DNA of 28,232 bases. It comes from a virus (Duplodnaviria > Caudoviricetes). Positions 17,466 through 26,163 of this stretch are shown here, one piece after another. How positions within the stretch are numbered: the stretch's first letter is position 1; each line of letters begins with the position of its first letter. The notes under the pieces were generated by a model. That model was given only the letters and a program-made list of their open reading frames with translations, searched no databases and was not told the DNA's origin. A program made the translations under genes and the position numbers. The DNA lies in IMG/VR virus record IMGVR_UViG_3300038674_000278, positions 1 to 28,232 of that record. The stretch is one strand, 5' to 3'.

Positions 17466-17891
17466 TTAACCTATACAGTGCGGAGATTTGTTTGCTTTCT
17501 GGGCCCACTTCTTGTATTCATCCCAGGAGTCATCCATCTTCTCCTGCATAGTAAGCGTTTTCTTTTCGGACTCATCATAGATCGCAGAAGCGATGCTCTC
17601 AATCGTGAACCTCCATTCTCCACGAAACAGCACTGCCCCGCGTTGTGGTATCACGGTAGCATCATACTCGCTGGTATCTGCTCCCGTCACAACACCTTTG
17701 AACGGGACGTTATTGTCCTTCAGGAACTTTTCTACGCCGTCTTTATCCTGATCGGATACACGAATATAGACGTCAATATTATTTTTGGAAAGCGTTGTCA
17801 ACGCCTCCTTTGCATTTGCAACCAGTGTGCGCTGCCCTTTGTCATCAGAGGCGACAATGCACCGTTCATCGACCTTTACTTTCTTGCTCAT
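17466..17891 (-). CDS. 141-aa protein with a degenerate HAD-like fold
   Basis: NAKEALTTLSKNNIDVYI...VEKFLKDNNVPF...RGAVLFRGEW resembles small capless HAD proteins, but the DxD and DD motifs are replaced. It has its own promoter and terminator. Confidence 0.7.
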   Translation of the reverse strand: MSKKVKVDERCIVASDDKGQRTLVANAKEALTTLSKNNIDVYIRVSDQDKDGVEKFLKDNNVPFKGVVTGADTSEYDATVIPQRGAVLFRGEWRFTIESIASAIYDESEKKTLTMQEKMDDSWDEYKKWAQKANKSPHCIG

Positions 17892-17916
17892 AGCTTTTGC
17901 GTTTGATTATGATATG

Positions 17917-17924
17917 CAAATATA
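17917..17924 (-). promoter_or_regulatory. -7 promoter element for the 141-aa gene
   Basis: Minus strand TATATTTG(C), 25 nt upstream of the ATG. Confidence 0.7.
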
Positions 17925-17949
17925 GTGTCAAGTGGATACGGGTGAGTTG

Positions 17950-17998
17950 TAAAATCTATATTTTATGACCGGCAACAACGTGCAATCAGTTATATTTG
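17950..17998 (+). promoter_or_regulatory. Portal promoter: shared 20-bp motif plus -7 element
   Basis: TAAAATCTATATTTTATGAC (17950-17969), 21 nt, then TATATTTG (17991-17998). Confidence 0.7.
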
Positions 17999-18019
17999 TG
18001 GCAAACATGAAGCGTAAAG

Positions 18020-20077
18020 ATGAAAACAAGTATCATTAACGACAACAGCGGAGGGAAGGAACGTGGCAGTAACAGCCTGTCAGGTTACGATCATGCACGT
18101 TTTTCTAACGACCGGAGATATACGGAACTTGTTAGAGAGGCTAAAGCGTATCACGACAATATGCGTGCCCTCCGTCTGAAATGGAAACGCGATATAGATT
18201 ATTACATGGGGCGCCAGCTCAATGACAAGGTAGTGTACAATGGTATGAGTATCAGTGTGCACGACTATATGGAGCTGAAAGGAATGCCTGCCATTAGTAA
18301 TGATATTATCAGCGACAAGATGATGACGCTTAAAGGTCTTGTGCGCCAACAATACATGGCCCCCACAGTGAAGAGCGTTGACAGTAACGAAGCTGATTAC
18401 GCCAACCTTTTTAATGAGTTTTTGCGGCAGAACGACAATAACAATAACAAAGCTGAGCATTGCGCAGACCAGTTCGAGGCAAGCATTTGCCTCGGTTTTA
18501 TCTGTGACAAAATAAAATGGACCTTTCGTGATGGGCGCGAAGACGTTTTCACCGACGCTGTAGACCCGTTCAAACTTGCTATACCGGTATGGGAGAAGAA
18601 AGACCTAAGCGACATAGAGTTTATTGCTGAGGCCCATGATTTGACTTGGCCGCAATTATTAAAGGCATTCTACCGCTCGCCAAGTGACGAGCATAAGCTA
18701 AGAAACATCTATCTGGCGGCCAACCAAAACAGGCCGGTGCAAGGCTATAATGATACCGGTATGGATCAAAAGGACCACACAGACGACTTTTTATACCCTG
18801 ACACGATGGGCAAATATCGCTATATCGAGATATGGAACAAGGAATACAACCGCAGTCTTTGGGTGCATGACCGTCTCAATGCGTCAGTAGGCTATCGCAG
18901 TTTGAGCGAACGCGCAGCCATCGACGCAGAAAATGAGCAGCGGCGCCAAGACAATATCATCAAGGACGAAAATGGCATACCCCTTCTTGACGCAGAAGGA
19001 AACGAACAATACTATACAGCTCCAGAAGATTTAGAGCTGATAGAATATGAGCAACAGATAGAAGAGATATGGTATTATCGTTGCATCAGCCCCAATGGTT
19101 ATTTGCTTGATGAAGGCGTTAGCCCGTACAAAGTGCTTAGGGATGGATACAGTTTCTACTATCATCCCTACGTGTTCCTGGCTTATGGCTTTATGAATGA
19201 GATCAGGAGCTTCGAGGATCGCCTAATAGACAAGCAGCGCCAGTATAATCATGATAACATTCTGATAGACTTCGTTATCATGAACTCGTCTAAAGGCGCG
19301 CTCGCCATCGATAAGGAGTCGCTTACTCCAGACATGAGCATTGAAGATATTGCAGAGAACTATGTGAAGGTAGATGGCACTATCATCTACACCAGTAAGA
19401 ACGGCGGTAATATCCCTCAGAGCATACAGAACAGGAGCCTACCTGCAGGCGTTGAAATGATCTTGCAGCGAGACCGCGAGCTTGTTACCAGTCAGAGCGG
19501 AATACAGCCCGCCCTGCAAGGTGTTCATCATAATGCGTCAGGGCGCCAATATCAGATAGAAAGGGACAGCGCAGCCACAAGCGTGACAGATTACGTTAGC
19601 GCCTTCAATAACTTCCAGCTTCGATCAGCCAAGAAACAGTTATGGACCATACAGTGGAACTATGATTCCCACCGCAGCATACTGCTCACCGGTGACGATG
19701 TAAAGAGTTATTATAATGCGGACACCATGCGAGATATTGATTTCGATTTGGCTCTTACGCTTGATGCAAACAGTACAGTAATCAGAGAGCAGCTAAAGGA
19801 TCTTGCTTTCCAGGCCTACCAAAAACAAGAGATCGAATTTGGCCAGATGCTCGATGTTGCAGACTTTGGTGACACAACCAAGCTAAAGCGTGCTTGGGAA
19901 GACTATAAAACTCGTAAGATGCAAGAAGCCCAGGCTATGCAAGAAGCCCAGGCTCAAAACGGACAGCCCGTAACACCAATAGCACAGGCTGACCCGTCAG
20001 CAGGTGCAGCACATCTTAGGCCTGCCGGTGATGCCTCTGGCAATACCCTTGCCGGTACGCCAGGCACTTCTTCATGA
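18020..20077 (+). CDS. Portal protein (P22-like podovirus type)
   Basis: 685 aa. Motifs WKRDIDYYMGRQ, G.PAISND, VDPF, LIDKQRQYN, SGIQPALQG...SGR and a Q/A-rich tail. Located near terL and the capsid gene. Confidence 0.82.
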   Translation: MKTSIINDNSGGKERGSNSLSGYDHARFSNDRRYTELVREAKAYHDNMRALRLKWKRDIDYYMGRQLNDKVVYNGMSISVHDYMELKGMPAISNDIISDKMMTLKGLVRQQYMAPTVKSVDSNEADYANLFNEFLRQNDNNNNKAEHCADQFEASICLGFICDKIKWTFRDGREDVFTDAVDPFKLAIPVWEKKDLSDIEFIAEAHDLTWPQLLKAFYRSPSDEHKLRNIYLAANQNRPVQGYNDTGMDQKDHTDDFLYPDTMGKYRYIEIWNKEYNRSLWVHDRLNASVGYRSLSERAAIDAENEQRRQDNIIKDENGIPLLDAEGNEQYYTAPEDLELIEYEQQIEEIWYYRCISPNGYLLDEGVSPYKVLRDGYSFYYHPYVFLAYGFMNEIRSFEDRLIDKQRQYNHDNILIDFVIMNSSKGALAIDKESLTPDMSIEDIAENYVKVDGTIIYTSKNGGNIPQSIQNRSLPAGVEMILQRDRELVTSQSGIQPALQGVHHNASGRQYQIERDSAATSVTDYVSAFNNFQLRSAKKQLWTIQWNYDSHRSILLTGDDVKSYYNADTMRDIDFDLALTLDANSTVIREQLKDLAFQAYQKQEIEFGQMLDVADFGDTTKLKRAWEDYKTRKMQEAQAMQEAQAQNGQPVTPIAQADPSAGAAHLRPAGDASGNTLAGTPGTSS

Positions 20078-20498
20078 TAGGCGAAACAAAGTGTAGGTAA
20101 TAGTTTACCCACTGCTTTAACTTCTGCTCGCGCACTCGATTGTCATCGTCACAACCGAGTGCGCCCCATTTAGACGGGGTATAGTAGAACGAAGACTTCT
20201 TCATGGAGTCTACATCAGAAGGGAGGTTACGCCCCCTCATCTTACCCATGACCCGCAAGCGCTTGAAAGCAGGCTTAAACAATTTGTTGTCTTCATAGGT
20301 CATCAGTGACCAAACCTGGTGCTTTGCATCAAAGAACAGATATACGCGCGGTGCACCGATCTCTTTGTACATATCCAAACATTGGCGTACCCCATCTTTC
20401 CACTGCCGCACGGCGCGGAACTTCTCTATCCGAAGAATGGCCGGATAATACAACCTAAACATGCCGTCAAGAAGGGCGGTCTTCACATTTTGCTTCAT
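20016..20498 (-). CDS. Hypothetical basic protein, last gene of the terminase operon
   Basis: 160 aa with an A-rich leader, starting 20 nt after the terL stop. Its 3' end overlaps the portal 3' end. Confidence 0.7.
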   Translation of the reverse strand: MKQNVKTALLDGMFRLYYPAILRIEKFRAVRQWKDGVRQCLDMYKEIGAPRVYLFFDAKHQVWSLMTYEDNKLFKPAFKRLRVMGKMRGRNLPSDVDSMKKSSFYYTPSKWGALGCDDDNRVREQKLKQWVNYYLHFVSPIMKKCLAYRQGYCQRHHRQA

Positions 20499-20518
20499 AA
20501 CTTTTGATTTATGGTTTA

Positions 20519-22657
20519 TTATATTCCTACGATCTCTGGAGCAAGAGGCCGTTGGCGTAACATCTTCTCTCTCTGAATTTCTTCAGGTGTTTTAGGCTCG
20601 ATAATGCGAGGAGGATCCATCTCTCGATCAACCCATAAGCCGATTGCGCGCGCCATCACCCGGTCATCGTGCTTACCTGGTGCATTGCCGTACTTATCAC
20701 CATATTGCATGTAATATGACAGTTCATTCAACGCCTCACTTTCACGCTCCATATATCCCTGCCGTCTTAATACCGCTGCCATGTACTTAATCATGGCCAC
20801 CTTAGTAGCTGTGTTGGTGTTAAATCCCCATCTTATTTCCTTCGGTTTTCTCTTTAGCGTCTTAGAGTGATTGCTATTATATACATTGCTGTAGAGTGGA
20901 ATAAGTATGGGGAAGAACAGTTCTGATACATCGCCGTCGGTATCATTCATCTTGGAGTATGCGGTATTGTTTTCTACTACCAAGAGTGCATCAACATACA
21001 AACTTGCTATTTGCGCGCATTTCATCGCCATTTGGTCAGGGTTACCATGCCCATGCCATTCAGCTACCACAACAGGCACACCTCCGTACATTTCATCGTA
21101 GCGGTCAAACACGACTATATCGTAGTAGTCAGATGTTTTGTGCGAACCGCCAATATCCATAGATACTAAATACCTGTTGACAACGTTTTCGGACCTATCA
21201 GGGTATTCCCACACCTTGAAAGGACCGCCCGCCTGTTGAACGAGGCGAATACCTTGCATACATTGTTCGTTCTCTGGCAATGTGGAGTCCCCTTCAATAT
21301 CGCCGATGAACATAGGCTGTGTACAGTCTGGTTGCAAACGGTCGATATGGTACAAGTCGAAGACAGCGCGCCCCGAATATTTGAAAGCTTCAATGTCATC
21401 AGATGGGAACTCCTGCTGCATGTCGTCAAGCGACGGATAACCATTATATGATTTAGCCTTCTTAATGTACCATTTTATGCCCTGCAGCGTAGCACCCTTC
21501 TGCCATAACCACCAATAGTACCTACCATTAAACCGTTCGTCATCACGGTTAAGCCAAAGCCACTGAACAAACTCATTTTGTTCATCGTCGGTCATTGGCG
21601 TGAAGTAGTCTTCAATCTCAAACCACGCCACGAACACCGGCGTATATTCAGACAGACTATTGCCATCATCATCTTTAGACTTGGCACGCACCCATTCGTC
21701 GTGAAATTCGTTTTCCCGGCCATTTGGTGTTGACTCGCGGACAATGAAATTGTAAGGCAGAAAGCGAATAGGTGATATTACAGCCTTAACCACTTTTGCC
21801 GGATCCCATTTTTCGGTTTGTGGGAAAAAAGCCTCTTCTGTCAGATGTACCATACCCACCGTGTCAGAACGTGCGGCCTCGGGGTTGAGGGCAGATCCAG
21901 TCTGAATGCGACAATCGCGAGGTACAAGATATTTGATATTGGGATTATGGCTATCGTTCTTTATCTTCTTGACATCTTCTGGATAGCGTTCACCTGTACC
22001 ATAGAATAACCACAGAGGTAGCGCTTTGATCAGTCGCTCATACATATTGAACACCGTAATAGAAGACGTCGACTGGTGGCCAACAATAGAACAGTTCCAA
22101 GAGCGTTTCCAGAAAAGCTGTATCCACACCATATAAATATCAGCGAGTGTTGATCCACCCCATTGACGACATTTAAGGAGGATGACGCATATCGGAACAC
22201 CAGCCAAGCGCATAGTCTCGAAGATCTGGCATAATTTGCGCTGAGCTCTTCGAAGGTAAAACGGTATGTCAGGGCCACCCGTGGCATTTTTTATCCTGGC
22301 GTAGGCATAGGCAAAGAAATAGAAATCATGCTTACAACGCTTGCGACAAAATCTGCGAATTACAGCTTCGCGTGAAGCAGCCATATTTCCACCTTCCATG
22401 TACTGGCTGATATATGCCTCTACGGAACCGCATTTTATCAGCGCCACTATGAATTTAGATTTCAGCATTGTGACGGGCAGAAATAGCTGTTGCCCACCCA
22501 AAATATCACTAATAACACATGCAAATCTTTTGCCTGGTGCTTTGTGGCCAGTCAGAGGGTTATAGCCATCCATTAGAACGGCTACACGTCTCTTATTCTC
22601 TGATAGCATTTCTTTCATCAGAGCCGATGTAATCGTCTTCTGCTTGACACTACTCAT
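20519..22657 (-). CDS. terL: Terminase large subunit
   Basis: Walker A ILLKCRQWGGST, Walker B VHLTEEAF, ESTPNG, QQEFPS, and RNase H-like nuclease motifs SMDIGG, VVENN and HDDRVMARAIG. Confidence 0.93.
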   Translation of the reverse strand: MSSVKQKTITSALMKEMLSENKRRVAVLMDGYNPLTGHKAPGKRFACVISDILGGQQLFLPVTMLKSKFIVALIKCGSVEAYISQYMEGGNMAASREAVIRRFCRKRCKHDFYFFAYAYARIKNATGGPDIPFYLRRAQRKLCQIFETMRLAGVPICVILLKCRQWGGSTLADIYMVWIQLFWKRSWNCSIVGHQSTSSITVFNMYERLIKALPLWLFYGTGERYPEDVKKIKNDSHNPNIKYLVPRDCRIQTGSALNPEAARSDTVGMVHLTEEAFFPQTEKWDPAKVVKAVISPIRFLPYNFIVRESTPNGRENEFHDEWVRAKSKDDDGNSLSEYTPVFVAWFEIEDYFTPMTDDEQNEFVQWLWLNRDDERFNGRYYWWLWQKGATLQGIKWYIKKAKSYNGYPSLDDMQQEFPSDDIEAFKYSGRAVFDLYHIDRLQPDCTQPMFIGDIEGDSTLPENEQCMQGIRLVQQAGGPFKVWEYPDRSENVVNRYLVSMDIGGSHKTSDYYDIVVFDRYDEMYGGVPVVVAEWHGHGNPDQMAMKCAQIASLYVDALLVVENNTAYSKMNDTDGDVSELFFPILIPLYSNVYNSNHSKTLKRKPKEIRWGFNTNTATKVAMIKYMAAVLRRQGYMERESEALNELSYYMQYGDKYGNAPGKHDDRVMARAIGLWVDREMDPPRIIEPKTPEEIQREKMLRQRPLAPEIVGI

Positions 22658-23141
22658 TACGAACCTCCTTTATCAGCTTGCTAACCGCTCTCTCTACGAA
22701 CCAGAAGATAACTCCACACCCAAACATAGCCAAGTGACACGCACCAGCAAATTGCGGTATGAACAACGTCAGTATAATTACTGCCAAATTGCAGAAGAAC
22801 GCTGTCCGGTTATGAGACCAATAGTATTGTGCCACATAGCCTACGAAGAATGCAACTATCGTTGATGCACCTAATACAGGTGTAGAAGAAACTATGAACC
22901 CGATGAAGGATATTATTACTGCTAAGATATACGCTGCTACGACACGGTACCATCGTACAACATTAACCAGCAACATCATTGACCAAGTATTACACATCCA
23001 ATGAAAAATATTGGCATGGGCGAACATGTAGACAAAATGAGTATAAAACGGTGTGCCATTAGACACCGACATGTCTTGCCTATATGCCACAAGTGGAAGC
23101 AAGCTGAGGCTCACCAAAATCAAGTAATATAACCTTTTCAT
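22650..23141 (-). CDS. Rhomboid-family intramembrane serine protease (minimal)
   Basis: Several hydrophobic helices; YMFAHANIFHWMCN (HxxxxHxxxN), LGAST (GxS nucleophile) and ACHLAMFGCG (catalytic His). Confidence 0.88.
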   Translation of the reverse strand: MKRLYYLILVSLSLLPLVAYRQDMSVSNGTPFYTHFVYMFAHANIFHWMCNTWSMMLLVNVVRWYRVVAAYILAVIISFIGFIVSSTPVLGASTIVAFFVGYVAQYYWSHNRTAFFCNLAVIILTLFIPQFAGACHLAMFGCGVIFWFVERAVSKLIKEVRNE

Positions 23142-23557
23142 TCGGTATCCTTTCCTTTTCTCTGATAACGTGATATTTTAAGCTGCAAAATCCAAGGAGT
23201 AAGCCCAACGCATGGGGCTGGCCTGGATAAAGCCATAAACACCGCTGACTGTACTGATAGTTGAGGCTGCATTTTGATAACATCTTTGAACTCTACCCAT
23301 AGCGCATCATATAATTTCTGCTTGTAGCAAGTACAGAACTTGCGCTTCTGGTTGTGTAATAGCCGTCTTCTGATATAGTCTAATGCCGACTCGTCAGAAA
23401 TGCAAAAAAAAGGCGTAGGAATATCTGCCGCAATAGTGCACAATTCTTTCATAGTCGTAGGATACTGTGCAATACCTTTGGCTTGATTAAAAAGCATAGG
23501 GATCACCTCCCGATCACGCTTCAAATACGTTTGAGAAATGCTGCCAAGATGTTTCAT
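23138..23557 (-). CDS. Hypothetical protein (139 aa; start revised to MKHLGS)
   Basis: The ORF-track extension to 23656 runs through the AT-rich promoter region. The ATG at 23557 follows a -7 box, and the stop overlaps the rhomboid start (ATGA). Confidence 0.7.
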   Translation of the reverse strand: MKHLGSISQTYLKRDREVIPMLFNQAKGIAQYPTTMKELCTIAADIPTPFFCISDESALDYIRRRLLHNQKRKFCTCYKQKLYDALWVEFKDVIKMQPQLSVQSAVFMALSRPAPCVGLTPWILQLKISRYQRKGKDTE

Positions 23558-23563
23558 ATAAAA

Positions 23564-23580
23564 TATATTTGGCAAATATA
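23564..23580. promoter_or_regulatory. Palindrome of two facing -7 boxes; the minus-strand copy probably drives the terminase operon
   Basis: TATATTTG-G-CAAATATA. Confidence 0.6.
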
Positions 23581-23585
23581 ACAAA

Positions 23586-23634
23586 TAGAATTTATATTTT
23601 ATGACATTGACAGAGGGAAAAGCATGTACTTTTA
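23586..23634 (+). promoter_or_regulatory. Scaffold/capsid promoter: shared 20-bp motif plus -7-like element
   Basis: TAGAATTTATATTTTATGAC (23586-23605), 21 nt, then TACTTTTA (23627-23634). Confidence 0.6.
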
Positions 23635-23654
23635 CGAAAAATATTTGAAAGCCC

Positions 23655-24455
23655 ATGGTAAAAGCAATTCAAGCACAAGCTACTACAAGTGATAAGCCGA
23701 ATATTAGCGCGCGGACTCGCCTTGTAGATCGTTTCAAGGCTAACGATCCGAATTTCAACGATACGGATGATGAGGCCGTATGGGGCGCAGCAGCTGACCA
23801 GCTGGACAAAGATGACGAAAGCGCAGCTCAGCGACAGAGATTTAACGAGGCTATCGCCAATAGCGACATAGCTCCTGAAATGATGAGCGGTATTTTGAGC
23901 GGCAAGAACGCAGATGGCACCGACTTCGACCTGGAAGAGTACTTGTTTGACAAGCACCTTGATTTCTTTGAGGACTATCTTGAAAACAAAGATGGTGCGA
24001 AAGACAAGCTTGCAGCGCGCAAAGCCCAACGGCAGAAGGAAGCCGAAGAGACAGCAGCCTTCAACGATGGCTTAGCTGACCGTATTAAGGCAGAAGATGC
24101 AGAGCTTGATGCCGCACTCAAAGAAAGTGGGTACAAAGAAGACCAAGTTAAAGATCTTATAGATTGGATCTACGATGACAAGACCGGTATTGTAGCGCGT
24201 GCCAGCCGCTTCGAGCTAACCAAAGACGATTTCCTTAACCTGTTTCGCATTAAAGATTACGATCTTAAACTGGGCGAGGCTGAAGATAAGGGCTATCGCC
24301 GCGGTAAGAACGAGAAGATCGACATGTTTGCCCGCAAACAGGATCGCCGTCGCCAGTTGCCTCCAGACCAAGGCGGTGGAGGTGGTGACCACAAGGGACC
24401 AGTTGAAAAAAATCCCACGTTGGCAGCCCTCGACAAAATGAAGGAGGTGTATTAG
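23655..24455 (+). CDS. Probable capsid scaffolding protein
   Basis: 266 aa, acidic, helical/coiled-coil, with a G/P-rich C-terminal linker. Lies immediately upstream of the capsid gene. Positional inference. Confidence 0.6.
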   Translation: MVKAIQAQATTSDKPNISARTRLVDRFKANDPNFNDTDDEAVWGAAADQLDKDDESAAQRQRFNEAIANSDIAPEMMSGILSGKNADGTDFDLEEYLFDKHLDFFEDYLENKDGAKDKLAARKAQRQKEAEETAAFNDGLADRIKAEDAELDAALKESGYKEDQVKDLIDWIYDDKTGIVARASRFELTKDDFLNLFRIKDYDLKLGEAEDKGYRRGKNEKIDMFARKQDRRRQLPPDQGGGGGDHKGPVEKNPTLAALDKMKEVY

Positions 24456-24554
24456 CACTGGAGGGCCTTCGCCATTATATTGCGAAGCACTGGCCCAAGG
24501 ACTAATTAAATGCAAGAATCAATTAGGCATCAACAATAAATTTATACGAGAACA

Positions 24555-26084
24555 ATGAAAAGATTTGGAAAATGGTTCGGATTTTTGCTGTCGGTGATGG
24601 CAATTATCTTTAGTGGTGGTTTTGCCATGGCAGCTGACACAGTGTTAGATAATCCCGTGGCAGATCTTGACGGCGGCGCCGGTGTCGAGGTGGGCGGTGC
24701 AAAGACGCGCACAAGCGCCGAAGGCGTTGTTGAGGATCAGCTTAAAGACTATGATTATTATGTCAAGCAGATCAACCGCCGCATTTGCGAAATGAAACTG
24801 GAAAGTTGCCCAGTGGATCAGATCCTTCGCAGCGCATCGCGTAGTAATCACAGTGTCAGCATGGTAGTTAAGTATTATCAGATTGGCCAGCGACCTATTA
24901 AGAGTACGCTCAATGAGAATGTAACGGCTACATCTGATGGTGTGGCTCATGTCGTTAAGCCGCTTAATAACGCCACATTCGACTCCATGGATACTATCAT
25001 CTTCCCTGAAGTGATGGGCTACAAAGAAGACGGCGAGACGCGCGAAACCCTCAAACCTCTTATGGTTCGTGTGGTAAACCGAGACGCCACCAATTATCCC
25101 ATGGTTATTGCTATCAATGGCAAGAAGAACCAGGCACAGGGTAACCGTTATGACCTGCCGAACATTCCTAAGGGTGCTGTTATGTTGAGACTGGGGCGCG
25201 CAGCAGGCGAAACAGACGTAGAGACAGCCAGCTACTACCAGTTGCCAGAAGCCAGCGAGCAGTATTGCCAGCGCTTCATTATGCAGGCAGAGGAGAGTAT
25301 CATTGAGCGAATGAGTGCCAAGGTAGTAGACTGGGACTTCTCTAAGCAGGAGCGTGTCGCTATGGACGATATGCGCGATGGTATTGAACGCTCAGGACTC
25401 TTCGGTATCAAGGGAAAGATTAACTACGGCAAGAGCGGTAACATCTACACTACAGGCGGCATCTATTGGACCGCAGCCAAGGATCTTTCTTTAGGTCACT
25501 GGGCTCCCAAGCTCGAAAAGAGCGAGGACGGAACTGAAAAGGCCGTAACGGTAAGCGTTGACGATGGCCTGGGTGGCACGACCCAGAAGGCCGTCTATGA
25601 GTACGTCATTCTAGAGAAGGAACTTACCAGCTTTGTCAATGCAGCCATTAAAGACGCCGGTAACGGTAGCCGCACAAAATTGCTCTTTGTCGACAACCTG
25701 ATCTACCAGGCACTGAGTAATCTGAAGAGCCGTCGTCGTGTCATCATGCAGACCGAGGCCAACTATCAGAATTGGGGTCTTGACTTCGAGAGCTTCAGCT
25801 CGATGGGCACCAAGATTTTGATTTATCGTCACGACGCGTTCAACTACATGGGCATGAGTGGCTGTGCCTTCTTGCTTGATCCCCGCTACTTAGAGAAGTG
25901 GATATTCGGAAACTGGAGTCGCAAAGAGTACAATCTGAAGGATCTGTTTGTACGCAACTCGAACGCCGTAGTCATGGAAGAGTTCAGTTGCTGGACGCTC
26001 TATTTCCCCAATGCACATGCCCGCGTTATGCGCCCTGAGTTTGACGAGACGAAGGGGGTAACAGACGAGGTGGTTGCGGCATAA
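24555..26084 (+). CDS. Major capsid protein (HK97-fold, DUF5309/SU10-like) with an N-terminal signal-peptide-like segment
   Basis: 509 aa. QYCQRF...FSKQERVAMDDMRDGIERSGLFG...YTTGGI and SSMGTKILIYRH...AFLLDP resemble that capsid family. It follows the scaffold and precedes a hairpin. Confidence 0.75.
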   Translation: MKRFGKWFGFLLSVMAIIFSGGFAMAADTVLDNPVADLDGGAGVEVGGAKTRTSAEGVVEDQLKDYDYYVKQINRRICEMKLESCPVDQILRSASRSNHSVSMVVKYYQIGQRPIKSTLNENVTATSDGVAHVVKPLNNATFDSMDTIIFPEVMGYKEDGETRETLKPLMVRVVNRDATNYPMVIAINGKKNQAQGNRYDLPNIPKGAVMLRLGRAAGETDVETASYYQLPEASEQYCQRFIMQAEESIIERMSAKVVDWDFSKQERVAMDDMRDGIERSGLFGIKGKINYGKSGNIYTTGGIYWTAAKDLSLGHWAPKLEKSEDGTEKAVTVSVDDGLGGTTQKAVYEYVILEKELTSFVNAAIKDAGNGSRTKLLFVDNLIYQALSNLKSRRRVIMQTEANYQNWGLDFESFSSMGTKILIYRHDAFNYMGMSGCAFLLDPRYLEKWIFGNWSRKEYNLKDLFVRNSNAVVMEEFSCWTLYFPNAHARVMRPEFDETKGVTDEVVAA

Positions 26085-26115
26085 CCATTTCGCGATAATA
26101 TAAACATTAATTGAT

Positions 26116-26144
26116 AAGGCTCGCCCCGTTTGCGGGTGGGCCTT
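26116..26144 (+). terminator. Hairpin after the capsid gene (weak terminator or mRNA stabiliser)
   Basis: AAGGCTCGCCC-CGTTTGC-GGGTGGGCCTT, with no long U tract. Confidence 0.6.
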
Positions 26145-26163
26145 CATCGTAAAAAGACACCTT

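Noticed and set aside
17424-17906. 160-aa plus-strand ORF
   Set aside because: It is the antisense shadow of the 141-aa gene, which has the promoter, terminator and recognisable fold.
19919-19954. 18-bp tandem duplication (MQEAQA x2) in the portal tail
   Set aside because: Real but ordinary slippage in a low-complexity Q/A-rich C-terminus.
23558-23656. N-terminal extension of the 172-aa minus-strand ORF
   Set aside because: It runs through the AT-rich divergent promoter region; the ATG at 23557 fits better.
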